A stretch of DNA of 32,000 nt from Sinorhizobium meliloti (lineage in GTDB: Bacteria > Pseudomonadota > Alphaproteobacteria > Rhizobiales > Rhizobiaceae): the NCBI RefSeq assembly GCF_017876815.1, contig NZ_JAGIOS010000001.1:2370001-2402000 (forward strand). Direction: 5' to 3'. A program made the position numbers and the translations under genes. Shown in pieces: positions 19,066 to 26,782 of the stretch (position 1 is the first letter of the stretch; every line of letters begins with the position of its first letter). Below the pieces are notes generated by a model that had not been told where the DNA came from, searched no databases, and saw nothing but the letters and a program-made list of their open reading frames with translations.

Positions 19066-20214
19066 ATGAATACCGCCATTTCTCCGGCCGTCAGGCAATA
19101 TTTCGGCTCCATCCGCGCGGCGCTCGCAGGGCTCGAGCTCTTCCTCGGAGACCGCAATTCGCCGCTTTACCGTGACACAGTCGTCGGCGAGATCATCGTT
19201 CCCTATCTTGCCCGGCTGAAAGCCTCGATCGCCTGCTGGGAAAACCGGATCGGTTTCGTCGAACAGTTTCGCATCTCGCGCGCCGAAAGCGGCTTTCCCG
19301 TTTTCCAGAACGTGCTGGAACTCGAGAACGACCGGCAGAATGCGGAGAAGCGGCTTGCGAGCATTCCTTCAACCGATGCGCTGCGCGAGGAGATGGTCGA
19401 TTTCATCCTGAGGCAGAAGGCGTTCCCCGAGGCGCTTCAGGCGCGCATGGCCGAAAGGCTCTATCTGGAGCAGATCGGCAAGGGGGATATCTTTTCGCCG
19501 TTTGTGCTGCCGGAGACGATCCGGGTCGCGGTCAATTCGAAGACGATGCGGCCCTTTTACGTCGTTTCCTGGGGCGCGTTCGACGGCAGCCAGACGCTGC
19601 CGATGATCTATATGGCGACGATCGAGGATTCCTCGGAAAATCTCGTCGAGATGCTGGTGACCGAGGATGGCAAGCTCAATCCGGACGTCCAGATTCCGCT
19701 GCCGGTCGGCGGTCTGCTCAATCCGGAGCTCGCAAGCCGTTTTGACGATTTCGCCTCCAAGAACAGCACCTATTCGCTGACGCCGGTGACGATCGCCACC
19801 AATCTCGACAGGGACTTCCCGGAACTGCATCCGAAGCAGCTTCGGCGGATCGTGCTCGGCCCATTCTATTCGGCGGGCATCACCGAGAACAATGCGAGGA
19901 TCAACGACATTCTCTCCAGGGTGCGCAAGACCGAGAATGCGTGGCTGCTCACCTGGACGGTGCAGGAAGTCTTCTCGAAGGCGGAGCGGCCGGCGACGCG
20001 CGGCTTCTGGTCCTCCACCCAGGCGCAGGAGGAGTTTCACATCGACACCGCCGATCTGGAGGCCGCGCGCATGGGGGTCAGCGCTTACGAGAAGCATGCC
20101 CTGGTGCCGCATGACGCGTACCAGGCGCTCTATGCCTCCGGCGAGGCCGCCCAGGTCTTCGGCGATTACAAGGTGCATGTCATATCCGGCAACCAGGTGG
20201 TGAGCGAGGTCTGA
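19066..20214 (+). CDS. Hypothetical protein (module gene B)
   Basis: 382-aa ORF with native codon bias. Its stop lies 3 nt before the gene C start. No motif recognised. Confidence 0.7.
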   Translation: MNTAISPAVRQYFGSIRAALAGLELFLGDRNSPLYRDTVVGEIIVPYLARLKASIACWENRIGFVEQFRISRAESGFPVFQNVLELENDRQNAEKRLASIPSTDALREEMVDFILRQKAFPEALQARMAERLYLEQIGKGDIFSPFVLPETIRVAVNSKTMRPFYVVSWGAFDGSQTLPMIYMATIEDSSENLVEMLVTEDGKLNPDVQIPLPVGGLLNPELASRFDDFASKNSTYSLTPVTIATNLDRDFPELHPKQLRRIVLGPFYSAGITENNARINDILSRVRKTENAWLLTWTVQEVFSKAERPATRGFWSSTQAQEEFHIDTADLEAARMGVSAYEKHALVPHDAYQALYASGEAAQVFGDYKVHVISGNQVVSEV

Positions 20215-20217
20215 GCC

Positions 20218-22134
20218 ATGGCATTGAACACGGGGCTGACGACGCTGCATGAGGACGAGATCGCCAGACATCAGGCGGTGGCGCAGAGCCTGGTAACCAA
20301 GCTTGCCATTGTCGAGCGGGACGATGGCGCCGCCGCCACACCGCTGGCAGGAACGGGGCGCCGTTTCGTCTCGACGGTCTCGACCGGCGGTCAGCGCCGC
20401 AGCCGCGAGGTCGAACTCGCACGCACCATCCAGGCGGTTCGCAGCGCCGATCCGCTCCTGTCGCCGGCGCAGCATTCGGTACTCTATCGCACCCGCCGCG
20501 GCATCCAGGTGGCGATGGCGGTTGCCGATGTCTTCGCGCGGCAGACGAGCCTTGAACAATTGCAGGCGCGTAACGCCACCGCGCCCCTTACCGGCGAGGA
20601 TGCGGCTCATTTCAAAGCGCTTCTCTCTGCTTCGGCCTATATCGCCGCCTTCACGCTTGCCGCCTATCTCGGCGCGACGCTGCAGGGAGAGGGCGAGCCG
20701 GTGGACGATGCCGCAGAGCCGGATTTCCTTTTCGACACGCCGCAGGATGCGCTGAAAACCATGGTTGCCGGTCTCGACCGCAGCATTGCCGGTGCGCCGG
20801 ACGAGCTCGCGCTGGTCGCACGGGCCCGGGCCTTTTCCCGCATCGCGATCGAGGGGCTGATTGCGCGCAAGGCGCGTTTCACCGGTCTGCAGAATTTCGA
20901 GAGCGTGCACATCCGGCTCGACCAGGACGATTTCACGCTCAACGGTTTCGACGTTGCGCCCGGGCAGAAGCGCAAGCCGCTGGTGATGACCTTCAAGAAG
21001 CCCGAGGAGATCATCGGCAACCACATCGCCAAGTACCAGGCGCTGAAGCTCGCCAAGATGCTGATGGCCTACGACTTCGACCGGCAGATGAACCCTTTCG
21101 TCGAACTCGGCGGTTTTCTCTTCACCTTCATCGGCGACGGCATGCCGGGCACTGGCAAGACGATCCTGATCCAGATGCTCGCCGGCATGCTGCACGAATA
21201 TTGCGGCATCGCCGGTTATCCCTTCCATTACGAGAATTTCGGCGTCGACCAGATTTCCTCCTATCAGGGCAAATCGGGCCAGAATTGCAAGGAATTCGTC
21301 AACAATGTCGTGAACCCGCGGGCGATCGGCTTCGGCACGATCGACGATGTCGACCAGGTGGCGGCAAAGCGCTCCGACGACCGTGCCTCGGCCGGTCAGC
21401 ACGAGGTGACGGCGGTGCTGATGGAGAGCTTCGCCGGCGCCTCGACGGTGGTGCGCGGCAACTGCACCTTCGGCATGTTCTCCAACTATCCGGAGAATGT
21501 CGACGACGCGCTGCGCCAGCGCGCCGGCGCGCGCTGGCTGGTCGACGGGCCGCAGACGGAGGACGACTATATCGACATCTTCGCGCTGCTCGTCGGCAAG
21601 AACCACCAGATCCCGCTCGGCGAGCATGATCTCTATGCCGGTCAGGAGATCAAGCGCGCCGTCTCGCAATCCTATGCCGCGCATGCGCGGCCGCAGGAGG
21701 AGGGGCTTGCCGCGGTCTGGGAACGCTATCAGAAGGAGAAGGGCAAGATCGCCACGCTCGCCGATGTCGGCGCCTACCTGCACATGATCAAGGAGGCGGA
21801 ACCCCGCTTCACCGGGCGCGCGATCAGGAACATCACCGATGCCGTCAAGCTGAGGGCCATGGACGTCGAACTGCCCGACGACTGGTTCAAGGACGCCGGC
21901 TCGTTCATGCATAGGCCCTACGACGAGAAGAAGGCGATGATCGAGGAACTGCGAGGCCCGATCACCATCGACATGGTGCTGCAGGAAATCAATCGCTATG
22001 CCGATAGCGAGTTCCGCTACACCGACAAATCCGACGATGCGGCCGTCGGCGAGATCATCCGCCGCGAGCGCCAGCGCGAGAGGGCGGTCCGAGAGATCGA
22101 GACGATGAAGCGCGAGGGCAGGTGGCAGGGATGA
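20218..22134 (+). CDS. Classical-clade AAA+ ATPase with unknown N-terminal (~250 aa) and C-terminal (~180 aa) regions (module gene C)
   Basis: Walker A GDGMPGTGKT (21133-21162). Walker B GFGTIDDVD (DD at 21343-21348). SRH-like FSNYPENVDDALRQRAGAR. A pre-Walker segment VMTFKKPEEIIGNHIAKYQALKLAK resembles the AAA N-linker. Confidence 0.88.
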   Translation: MALNTGLTTLHEDEIARHQAVAQSLVTKLAIVERDDGAAATPLAGTGRRFVSTVSTGGQRRSREVELARTIQAVRSADPLLSPAQHSVLYRTRRGIQVAMAVADVFARQTSLEQLQARNATAPLTGEDAAHFKALLSASAYIAAFTLAAYLGATLQGEGEPVDDAAEPDFLFDTPQDALKTMVAGLDRSIAGAPDELALVARARAFSRIAIEGLIARKARFTGLQNFESVHIRLDQDDFTLNGFDVAPGQKRKPLVMTFKKPEEIIGNHIAKYQALKLAKMLMAYDFDRQMNPFVELGGFLFTFIGDGMPGTGKTILIQMLAGMLHEYCGIAGYPFHYENFGVDQISSYQGKSGQNCKEFVNNVVNPRAIGFGTIDDVDQVAAKRSDDRASAGQHEVTAVLMESFAGASTVVRGNCTFGMFSNYPENVDDALRQRAGARWLVDGPQTEDDYIDIFALLVGKNHQIPLGEHDLYAGQEIKRAVSQSYAAHARPQEEGLAAVWERYQKEKGKIATLADVGAYLHMIKEAEPRFTGRAIRNITDAVKLRAMDVELPDDWFKDAGSFMHRPYDEKKAMIEELRGPITIDMVLQEINRYADSEFRYTDKSDDAAVGEIIRRERQRERAVREIETMKREGRWQG

Positions 22135-22172
22135 AGGTTGTGTTCGCGGCATTTGCCCTCCACCTCGGGGCT

Positions 22173-22226
22173 GCCCCTCACCCTAGCCCTCTCCCCGCGC
22201 GCGGGGAGAGGGCTAGGGTGAGGGGC
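22173..22226. repeat. Perfect 54-bp palindrome (REP-like unit), 39 nt after the AAA+ stop codon
   Basis: GCCCCTCACCCTAGCCCTCTCCCCGCG|CGCGGGGAGAGGGCTAGGGTGAGGGGC. The arms are exact reverse complements. Confidence 0.9.
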
Positions 22227-22246
22227 AAGAGGGCGGACCAAAAGAG

Positions 22247-22651
22247 ATGAGAGGAGCGAACGAACGCAAGACAGAACGCGCGAGAGGTCTGCGGCAAAGC
22301 GACAACGATGCAGAAGCGCTCCTTTGGTCGGAGCTGAGAGACCGGCGTCTAAACGGCTTCAAGTTCGTCCGGCAGGTCGCCGTCGGTCCTTACTTTGCTG
22401 ATTTCGCCTGCCGTGATGAGAGGCTGGTCGTCGAGGTCGACGGCAGTCAGCATCAGATCGGCAGCGGCGATGCGAGGCGCGACAAGTTCATGGTCATGAA
22501 TGGATGGAGTGTGCTCCGCTTCTGGAATACGGACATCTTCAATGACCGCGCCGCGGTACTGGAGACGATCGTGGCGGTGCTCGAGAAGCGGTTGGTGCGG
22601 GAAGTGAGGAGTGCGGATTTGACGTTCATTCCGGGGGAGAAGAAGAGATGA
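22247..22651 (+). CDS. DUF559 (Vsr/restriction-endonuclease-like fold) domain protein
   Basis: 134 aa. LRQSDNDAEALLWSELRDRRLNGFKFVRQVAVGPYFADFACRDERLVVEVDGSQH...WSVLRFWN, typical of DUF559 as I recall it. Flanked by REP units on both sides. Confidence 0.75.
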   Translation: MRGANERKTERARGLRQSDNDAEALLWSELRDRRLNGFKFVRQVAVGPYFADFACRDERLVVEVDGSQHQIGSGDARRDKFMVMNGWSVLRFWNTDIFNDRAAVLETIVAVLEKRLVREVRSADLTFIPGEKKR

Positions 22652-22700
22652 GTCCGGTGTTGAATTTGGCGTCTCGGTCTGCCCCTCTCTTCAGCCTATT

Positions 22701-22808
22701 GCCCCTCACCCTAACCCTCTCCCCGCGCGCGGGGAGAGGGGACGCCGTTGTGTTCGATCGCACCCGACAACGCGCCCATGGGATCTCGTCCCCTCTCCCC
22801 GCCTGCGG
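22701..22808. repeat. Composite REP/RIME-like element, left part (unit 1, 46-nt spacer, and first half of unit 2), interrupted by an IS
   Basis: 22701-22742 is identical to 3537-3578. 22789-22808 (TCCCCTCTCCCCGCCTGCGG) is the left half of the inverted unit. Confidence 0.85.
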
Positions 22809-24107
22809 CAGGGCTGTCCGGGGAAAATTCATGCATAGCGGAAGACCATTTGGTTTGGGATGGTCCGGGGTTTTGGTCGGCTTGGATTGACCTGCGGCGG
22901 CTTGTGGATTTCGGCGATGCTTTTGCGCTGGAACAGGCACTGGGTGACGAGGTCGGTGAAGCGCAGGATCGGTAGAGGGACGCGGGCGAGGCGGGCGGCG
23001 ATGCGCAACAGTGCATAGGCGATCATCGCCGCGAAGATCTGCAGGCGGATGGCGTTGTCGTTGTTGCCGAGGAACTTGCGGATCTTGAGGTGCTGTTTGA
23101 TCCAGCGGAACAGAAGCTCGATCTGCCAGCGATCCTTATAGAGCTGGCCGATCTCGACGGCGGAGCGCTCGAGGTCGTTGGTCAGAAGCGTGATCGTATC
23201 GCCGTCCTGGCGCTTGACGATTACCCGGCGCAAGCCGATCGGCAGCTTGGAATCGCCCTTGCTGGCGAGGCTGACCTGGCTGTCTTCGAGGACCAGGAAG
23301 CCATCGCCTTGAGGTTGCTCAACGGGGCGTTCAGCGACCAAAGCCAGTCCCATGTTGGTCTTCGGCCGGGTGACGAAACTGGCGCCGGCTTCGGCGATCG
23401 CCGTCCACCAGCCGTAATGGCAGTAGCCCTTGTCGAAGACATAGGTTGCGCCCTTTTCGATGGTGATCGTGCGGCCGATCTGGGCGTCGTTGACGTTGGC
23501 GTCGGTGATGTCGAGGATGCCTGGACAATCGGCCTTGGGATCATAGACGACATGCAGCTTCATGCCGCGGATGCGGCCGTTCGACTTGGCCCAATCGTAC
23601 AGCTTACCCAGCGGTATCGGGGTCGAATCGATCAGCCGCAGCATCTTGGTGCCCTCCCGGCGCGTCTGCCGGTCGAGCTGACCGGCCAGAAGCGCGAAGG
23701 TCTCGGCGAAGACGGCGACCGGGCGGCGGCGGTTGGCGTCCGACAGCGTCGAGCGCATCAGCCGGCCACTGCCGAGATGGTAATGATGCTGACTGTTGGC
23801 GTTGAAGCTCGCCTCCAACCCGCGCAGGCTGGTCGTGGCGCTCAACTGGGCATAGATCAGTGCCACCAGATGATCCCAGCTGGTAAAGCACTTGTCGTAG
23901 GCATCCCCGGCATGACGATCCACAATCGCCTGAAAGCTGCGGCGATCAATCGCTTTCAGCAGCTGGGCGAAAATGCTAGGGGTGAACCGCATGCTCCGTC
24001 TCCTTTTCTGAGTCTCGACAACCAGAAAATAGACGGAAAAACGCCGTCTGACGGGGCATGCGCCTGCGACATTTCGATTCACCCGGAACTTTCCCCGGAC
24101 AGCCCTG
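22809..24107 (-). mobile_element. IS4/IS5-superfamily insertion sequence (1299 bp) inserted into the REP hairpin
   Basis: Terminal IRs: CAGGGCTGTCCGGGGAAAATTC (22809->) and the reverse complement of 24107<- , CAGGGCTGTCCGGGGAAAGTTC. Flanked by a 9-bp near-perfect direct repeat: CGCCTGCGG (22800-22808) and CGCGTGCGG (24108-24116). Confidence 0.88.
22829..23992 (-). CDS. DDE transposase (DDE_Tnp_1 type, IS4/IS5 superfamily)
   Basis: ATG at 23992 (MRFTPSIFAQLLKAIDRRSF) with RBS AAGGAGA. ATYVFDKGY, LLTNDL, and the YKDRWQIELLFRWIKQ signature. Confidence 0.88.
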   Translation of the reverse strand: MRFTPSIFAQLLKAIDRRSFQAIVDRHAGDAYDKCFTSWDHLVALIYAQLSATTSLRGLEASFNANSQHHYHLGSGRLMRSTLSDANRRRPVAVFAETFALLAGQLDRQTRREGTKMLRLIDSTPIPLGKLYDWAKSNGRIRGMKLHVVYDPKADCPGILDITDANVNDAQIGRTITIEKGATYVFDKGYCHYGWWTAIAEAGASFVTRPKTNMGLALVAERPVEQPQGDGFLVLEDSQVSLASKGDSKLPIGLRRVIVKRQDGDTITLLTNDLERSAVEIGQLYKDRWQIELLFRWIKQHLKIRKFLGNNDNAIRLQIFAAMIAYALLRIAARLARVPLPILRFTDLVTQCLFQRKSIAEIHKPPQVNPSRPKPRTIPNQMVFRYA

Positions 24108-24154
24108 CGCGTGCGGGGAGAGGGTTAGGGTGAGGGGCAAAAGGTGAGGGGCAG
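24108..24154. repeat. Composite REP/RIME-like element, right part (second half of the inverted unit)
   Basis: CGCGTGCGGGGAGAGGGTTAGGGTGAGGGGC plus a trailing GGTGAGGGGCAG. Removing the IS and one copy of the 9-bp duplication restores a 42-nt unit of the same length as 3625-3666. Confidence 0.85.
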
Positions 24155-24175
24155 AACGCTGAGGAGCATGGCCGC

Positions 24176-25465
24176 ATGAAGCGCCTTTTGGAAGCGGAGC
24201 TCATCTATGGACGGCTGCTTGATATTTCCGAGCCGCATCTCGTCGCGCGCTACAACAAGGCTCTCAATGGCTTCGGGCTGAAACCTACGGCTCTCCAGCG
24301 GTTCAGCATCGACATGACCGGCTTCTCACCCGAAATCGCCGAGGAAATCGGCGACCGCGACTATCTGGATCCGAACCGGGTCAACCGGCGCTTCATCATC
24401 CTGACACCGGCGCAGGCGGAGCTGCCGGTCGTGCATACGAGCTTCTCCAACACTGCGGCACTGATGCACGAATTCTTCAACGCCAATGGCCGCGCGATCA
24501 ACGCGATCACCATCAAGGATGCGCTCTACGGCGAGATCGAGGATTCGGTCTCGGTCGTCGAGGACATTGACGATCTGCTTTCCATCAACGAAGTCCGCTT
24601 CCGGGTGCTTTCGGCCGAGGACATGCTCGGCAAGGCGACCGAACTGCGCGAGCTCGTGGACCGGCTGAAAAAGGTGCCGAACGCCTGGGCGGACGACGCG
24701 ATGCTCGATCGGATGGTCGAACTCGCCAGGACGACCGGCGACATAAGGCAGAACGTGCTCGTGCCGGACGAACTCGTCTTCCGCCATGAGGCCTTCTGGG
24801 CCAATCACTTCGGCGGCGTCTACGTCTTCCTCGACGAGAAGACGACGACTGTCATCTGCGACCCCTCGGTGCCCGGTTTCCGCCGGTCGCGGCCCTGGCA
24901 GGTCAGCTACATGGCCATAACCGACCACGCCCGCATCTATGACTTTCTGGCGACGACCAACCGGCTGCAATTGCCGCAGGCATCCTGGGTGCAGGAGTCC
25001 GGCCTCTTCCAGCATCGCGCGGACATGGTGATCCGCGGGCTCGTCGACGCCGCCGACCCGAATGCGGACCTGATGAATGTCGACCGGATCTGGCTGCAGA
25101 CCTGGATCCACCGCAATGCGGCGCTCGTGGCGCGCGACGGGATTTACCCCTTCCTTCAGGAAATGGCGCGGGCGATCGCTGCGACGGGCACGGTCAGGAT
25201 GCAGGACGTCGCCCCGGAGAACCGGTTCCTGCTCGTCCGGGCCGCCCCGCAGCATCCGGATCAATGGCTCGTCAACCGCCTGATCTCCGAACTCGTCCCG
25301 CGCGATTTCGTCTCGCGCTTCGTGTTCGACAAGCAAGGCTTCTACAAAGCCTATGAGGGCTACAGCGAAAAGTTCCGCGAATATGTTGTTGCGACACTGA
25401 CCGGCACATATCTCAAGGACAAGGCCGCCTTCCGTCACAAGCTTTACGGTCTCAAAGAGGAATAA
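24176..25465 (+). CDS. Hypothetical protein (module gene D)
   Basis: 429-aa ORF. RBS GAGGAG 9 nt upstream. Its stop lies 3 nt before the gene E start. No motif recognised. Confidence 0.7.
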   Translation: MKRLLEAELIYGRLLDISEPHLVARYNKALNGFGLKPTALQRFSIDMTGFSPEIAEEIGDRDYLDPNRVNRRFIILTPAQAELPVVHTSFSNTAALMHEFFNANGRAINAITIKDALYGEIEDSVSVVEDIDDLLSINEVRFRVLSAEDMLGKATELRELVDRLKKVPNAWADDAMLDRMVELARTTGDIRQNVLVPDELVFRHEAFWANHFGGVYVFLDEKTTTVICDPSVPGFRRSRPWQVSYMAITDHARIYDFLATTNRLQLPQASWVQESGLFQHRADMVIRGLVDAADPNADLMNVDRIWLQTWIHRNAALVARDGIYPFLQEMARAIAATGTVRMQDVAPENRFLLVRAAPQHPDQWLVNRLISELVPRDFVSRFVFDKQGFYKAYEGYSEKFREYVVATLTGTYLKDKAAFRHKLYGLKEE

Positions 25466-25468
25466 AAC

Positions 25469-26692
25469 ATGTTCGATCCGATCGTTGCGTTCTTCCAGCG
25501 TGTATTCACCGCGATCGGCCGTGGCATCGGATTGGCGGTGGCGTGGCTTCTCTGGCCGTTCGTCGCGCTCGGCAACTGGTATCGGGGACGAAGCTGGATC
25601 ATCAAGGGGCCGATCGGCCTGATCCTCCTCTGCCTCGTGCTCTTCTACGCCTACTTTGTCTGGCAGACGCAAGCCTGGACGAATTTCGACCCGGACTATG
25701 TCGACCGATACAAGCTCGCCGACCGCAGGACGCCGGCCGGTTCACCCGTCAGCGGTCCGGGGGCAACAACGGGACAGTCAGGCTCGGCGGCTGACGCAAA
25801 CCAGGCCGCCGCGGTCGCTCCTTCCGGTGCGGACAGTACGACCGAAGCCCTTGCCGTGGCCCAGCTTCCGGCCGGGACGGTCTGCCAGACTTCGGCCATC
25901 GTCGACGTGGCGGCCGACCTCATCGACCTCAATGTCAATCAGAATGCCTGGATATCGTCGATGCTCGGCTACAAGCTCGGCTTTTTCGGGATTGACTGGG
26001 ACGACACGCCCTGGCTCGACAACAAGGCGTCCTTCCAGCGCGGCGTCAACCAGGCGGTGCGCCGCACGTCGGTGGAACTCGTCGATTCGCTTGGGCGCGT
26101 CCGTGGCACGTCGGGGGTCAACAACGAGCTCCAGAACGCGCGCGGAAGCATCCAGTTCGACGAGGAAACCTGGTATTTCGGCCTGAACCCCTTCGGCCCC
26201 AAAACCCCGACCCCGAGCTTCTACCGCTCGGCTATGCGCGATCTCAGGAAGTTCAACGTCTCGCTCGGCAAGTGCGAAGCGATCTTCGACGGCCGATCCG
26301 ACAACATGGTCGAGTTCCTCGACCGGGTCGCGAACGATCTCGGCAATACCTCGGCGATCATCCGCGAACGTTCGGAGTTCCACAATGGCGGCTGGTTCGA
26401 CACGCGGGCGGACGACCGCTTCTGGTTCGCCTTCGGCCAGCTCTACGGCTATTACGGCATTCTCTCGGCCGCCGGCGCCGATTTCGAGAATGTCGTCACC
26501 CAACGTGGCCTGGCGCCGATCTATACCGAAACGATGAAGCAGCTTCGCGCGGCACTCAGGATCCAGCCGCTCATCATCTCGAACGGGCGCGAGGACGGCT
26601 GGATCATGCCGACGCACCTCGCGACGATGGGCTTCTACATCCTCCGGGTTCGATCGAACCTCGTGGAGATGCGCGATATTCTTGCCCGTTGA
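25469..26692 (+). CDS. Membrane protein with N-terminal two-TM hairpin, Pro/Ala/Ser-rich linker and a DUF2333-like C-terminal domain (module gene E)
   Basis: TM segments GIGLAVAWLLWPFVALGNW and GPIGLILLCLVLFYAYFVW. Linker RRTPAGSPVSGPGATTGQSGSAADANQAAAVAPSGA. C-terminal motifs (SDNMVEFLDRVANDLG, DDRFWFAFGQLYGY, PLIISNGREDGWIMPTHLATMGFYI) resemble my recollection of DUF2333; this is unverified. Confidence 0.75.
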   Translation: MFDPIVAFFQRVFTAIGRGIGLAVAWLLWPFVALGNWYRGRSWIIKGPIGLILLCLVLFYAYFVWQTQAWTNFDPDYVDRYKLADRRTPAGSPVSGPGATTGQSGSAADANQAAAVAPSGADSTTEALAVAQLPAGTVCQTSAIVDVAADLIDLNVNQNAWISSMLGYKLGFFGIDWDDTPWLDNKASFQRGVNQAVRRTSVELVDSLGRVRGTSGVNNELQNARGSIQFDEETWYFGLNPFGPKTPTPSFYRSAMRDLRKFNVSLGKCEAIFDGRSDNMVEFLDRVANDLGNTSAIIRERSEFHNGGWFDTRADDRFWFAFGQLYGYYGILSAAGADFENVVTQRGLAPIYTETMKQLRAALRIQPLIISNGREDGWIMPTHLATMGFYILRVRSNLVEMRDILAR

Positions 26693-26782
26693 CGGGCGGC
26701 ATGTCAGCGTAAGCGATAGGAAACGGAACTTGCGCATTTTCGCGGAGGAGGCGGGATGCGCGAGGCAAACTGGGGGGAAGCC

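Noticed and set aside
19369-22152. 927-aa ORF on the minus strand opposite module genes B and C
   Set aside because: Its translation is Arg/Ala/Gly/Asp-rich low complexity with no motifs. The plus strand carries unambiguous AAA+ motifs and native codon bias. Long antisense ORFs are expected in GC-rich DNA.
22017-22940. Several 74-104-aa ORFs encoding peptides such as PLTLTLSPRAGRGD / SPLPARGERVRVRG (also at 28377-28571)
   Set aside because: These are translations of the REP palindromes in different frames and orientations. They are repeat-derived, not genes.
24168-24179. Three-codon mini-ORF ATG GCC GCA TGA whose stop overlaps the gene D start (ATGA)
   Set aside because: It is too short to evaluate. 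The GAGGAG RBS is spaced adequately for either ATG, and I have no conservation evidence. Most likely coincidental.
17916-26692. Interpreting the five-gene module as a horizontally acquired defence island
   Set aside because: Codon usage and GC3 look native, the flanks are housekeeping genes, and the only mobile DNA is a secondary insertion inside the module rather than at its borders. Defence is kept only as a minor alternative hypothesis.
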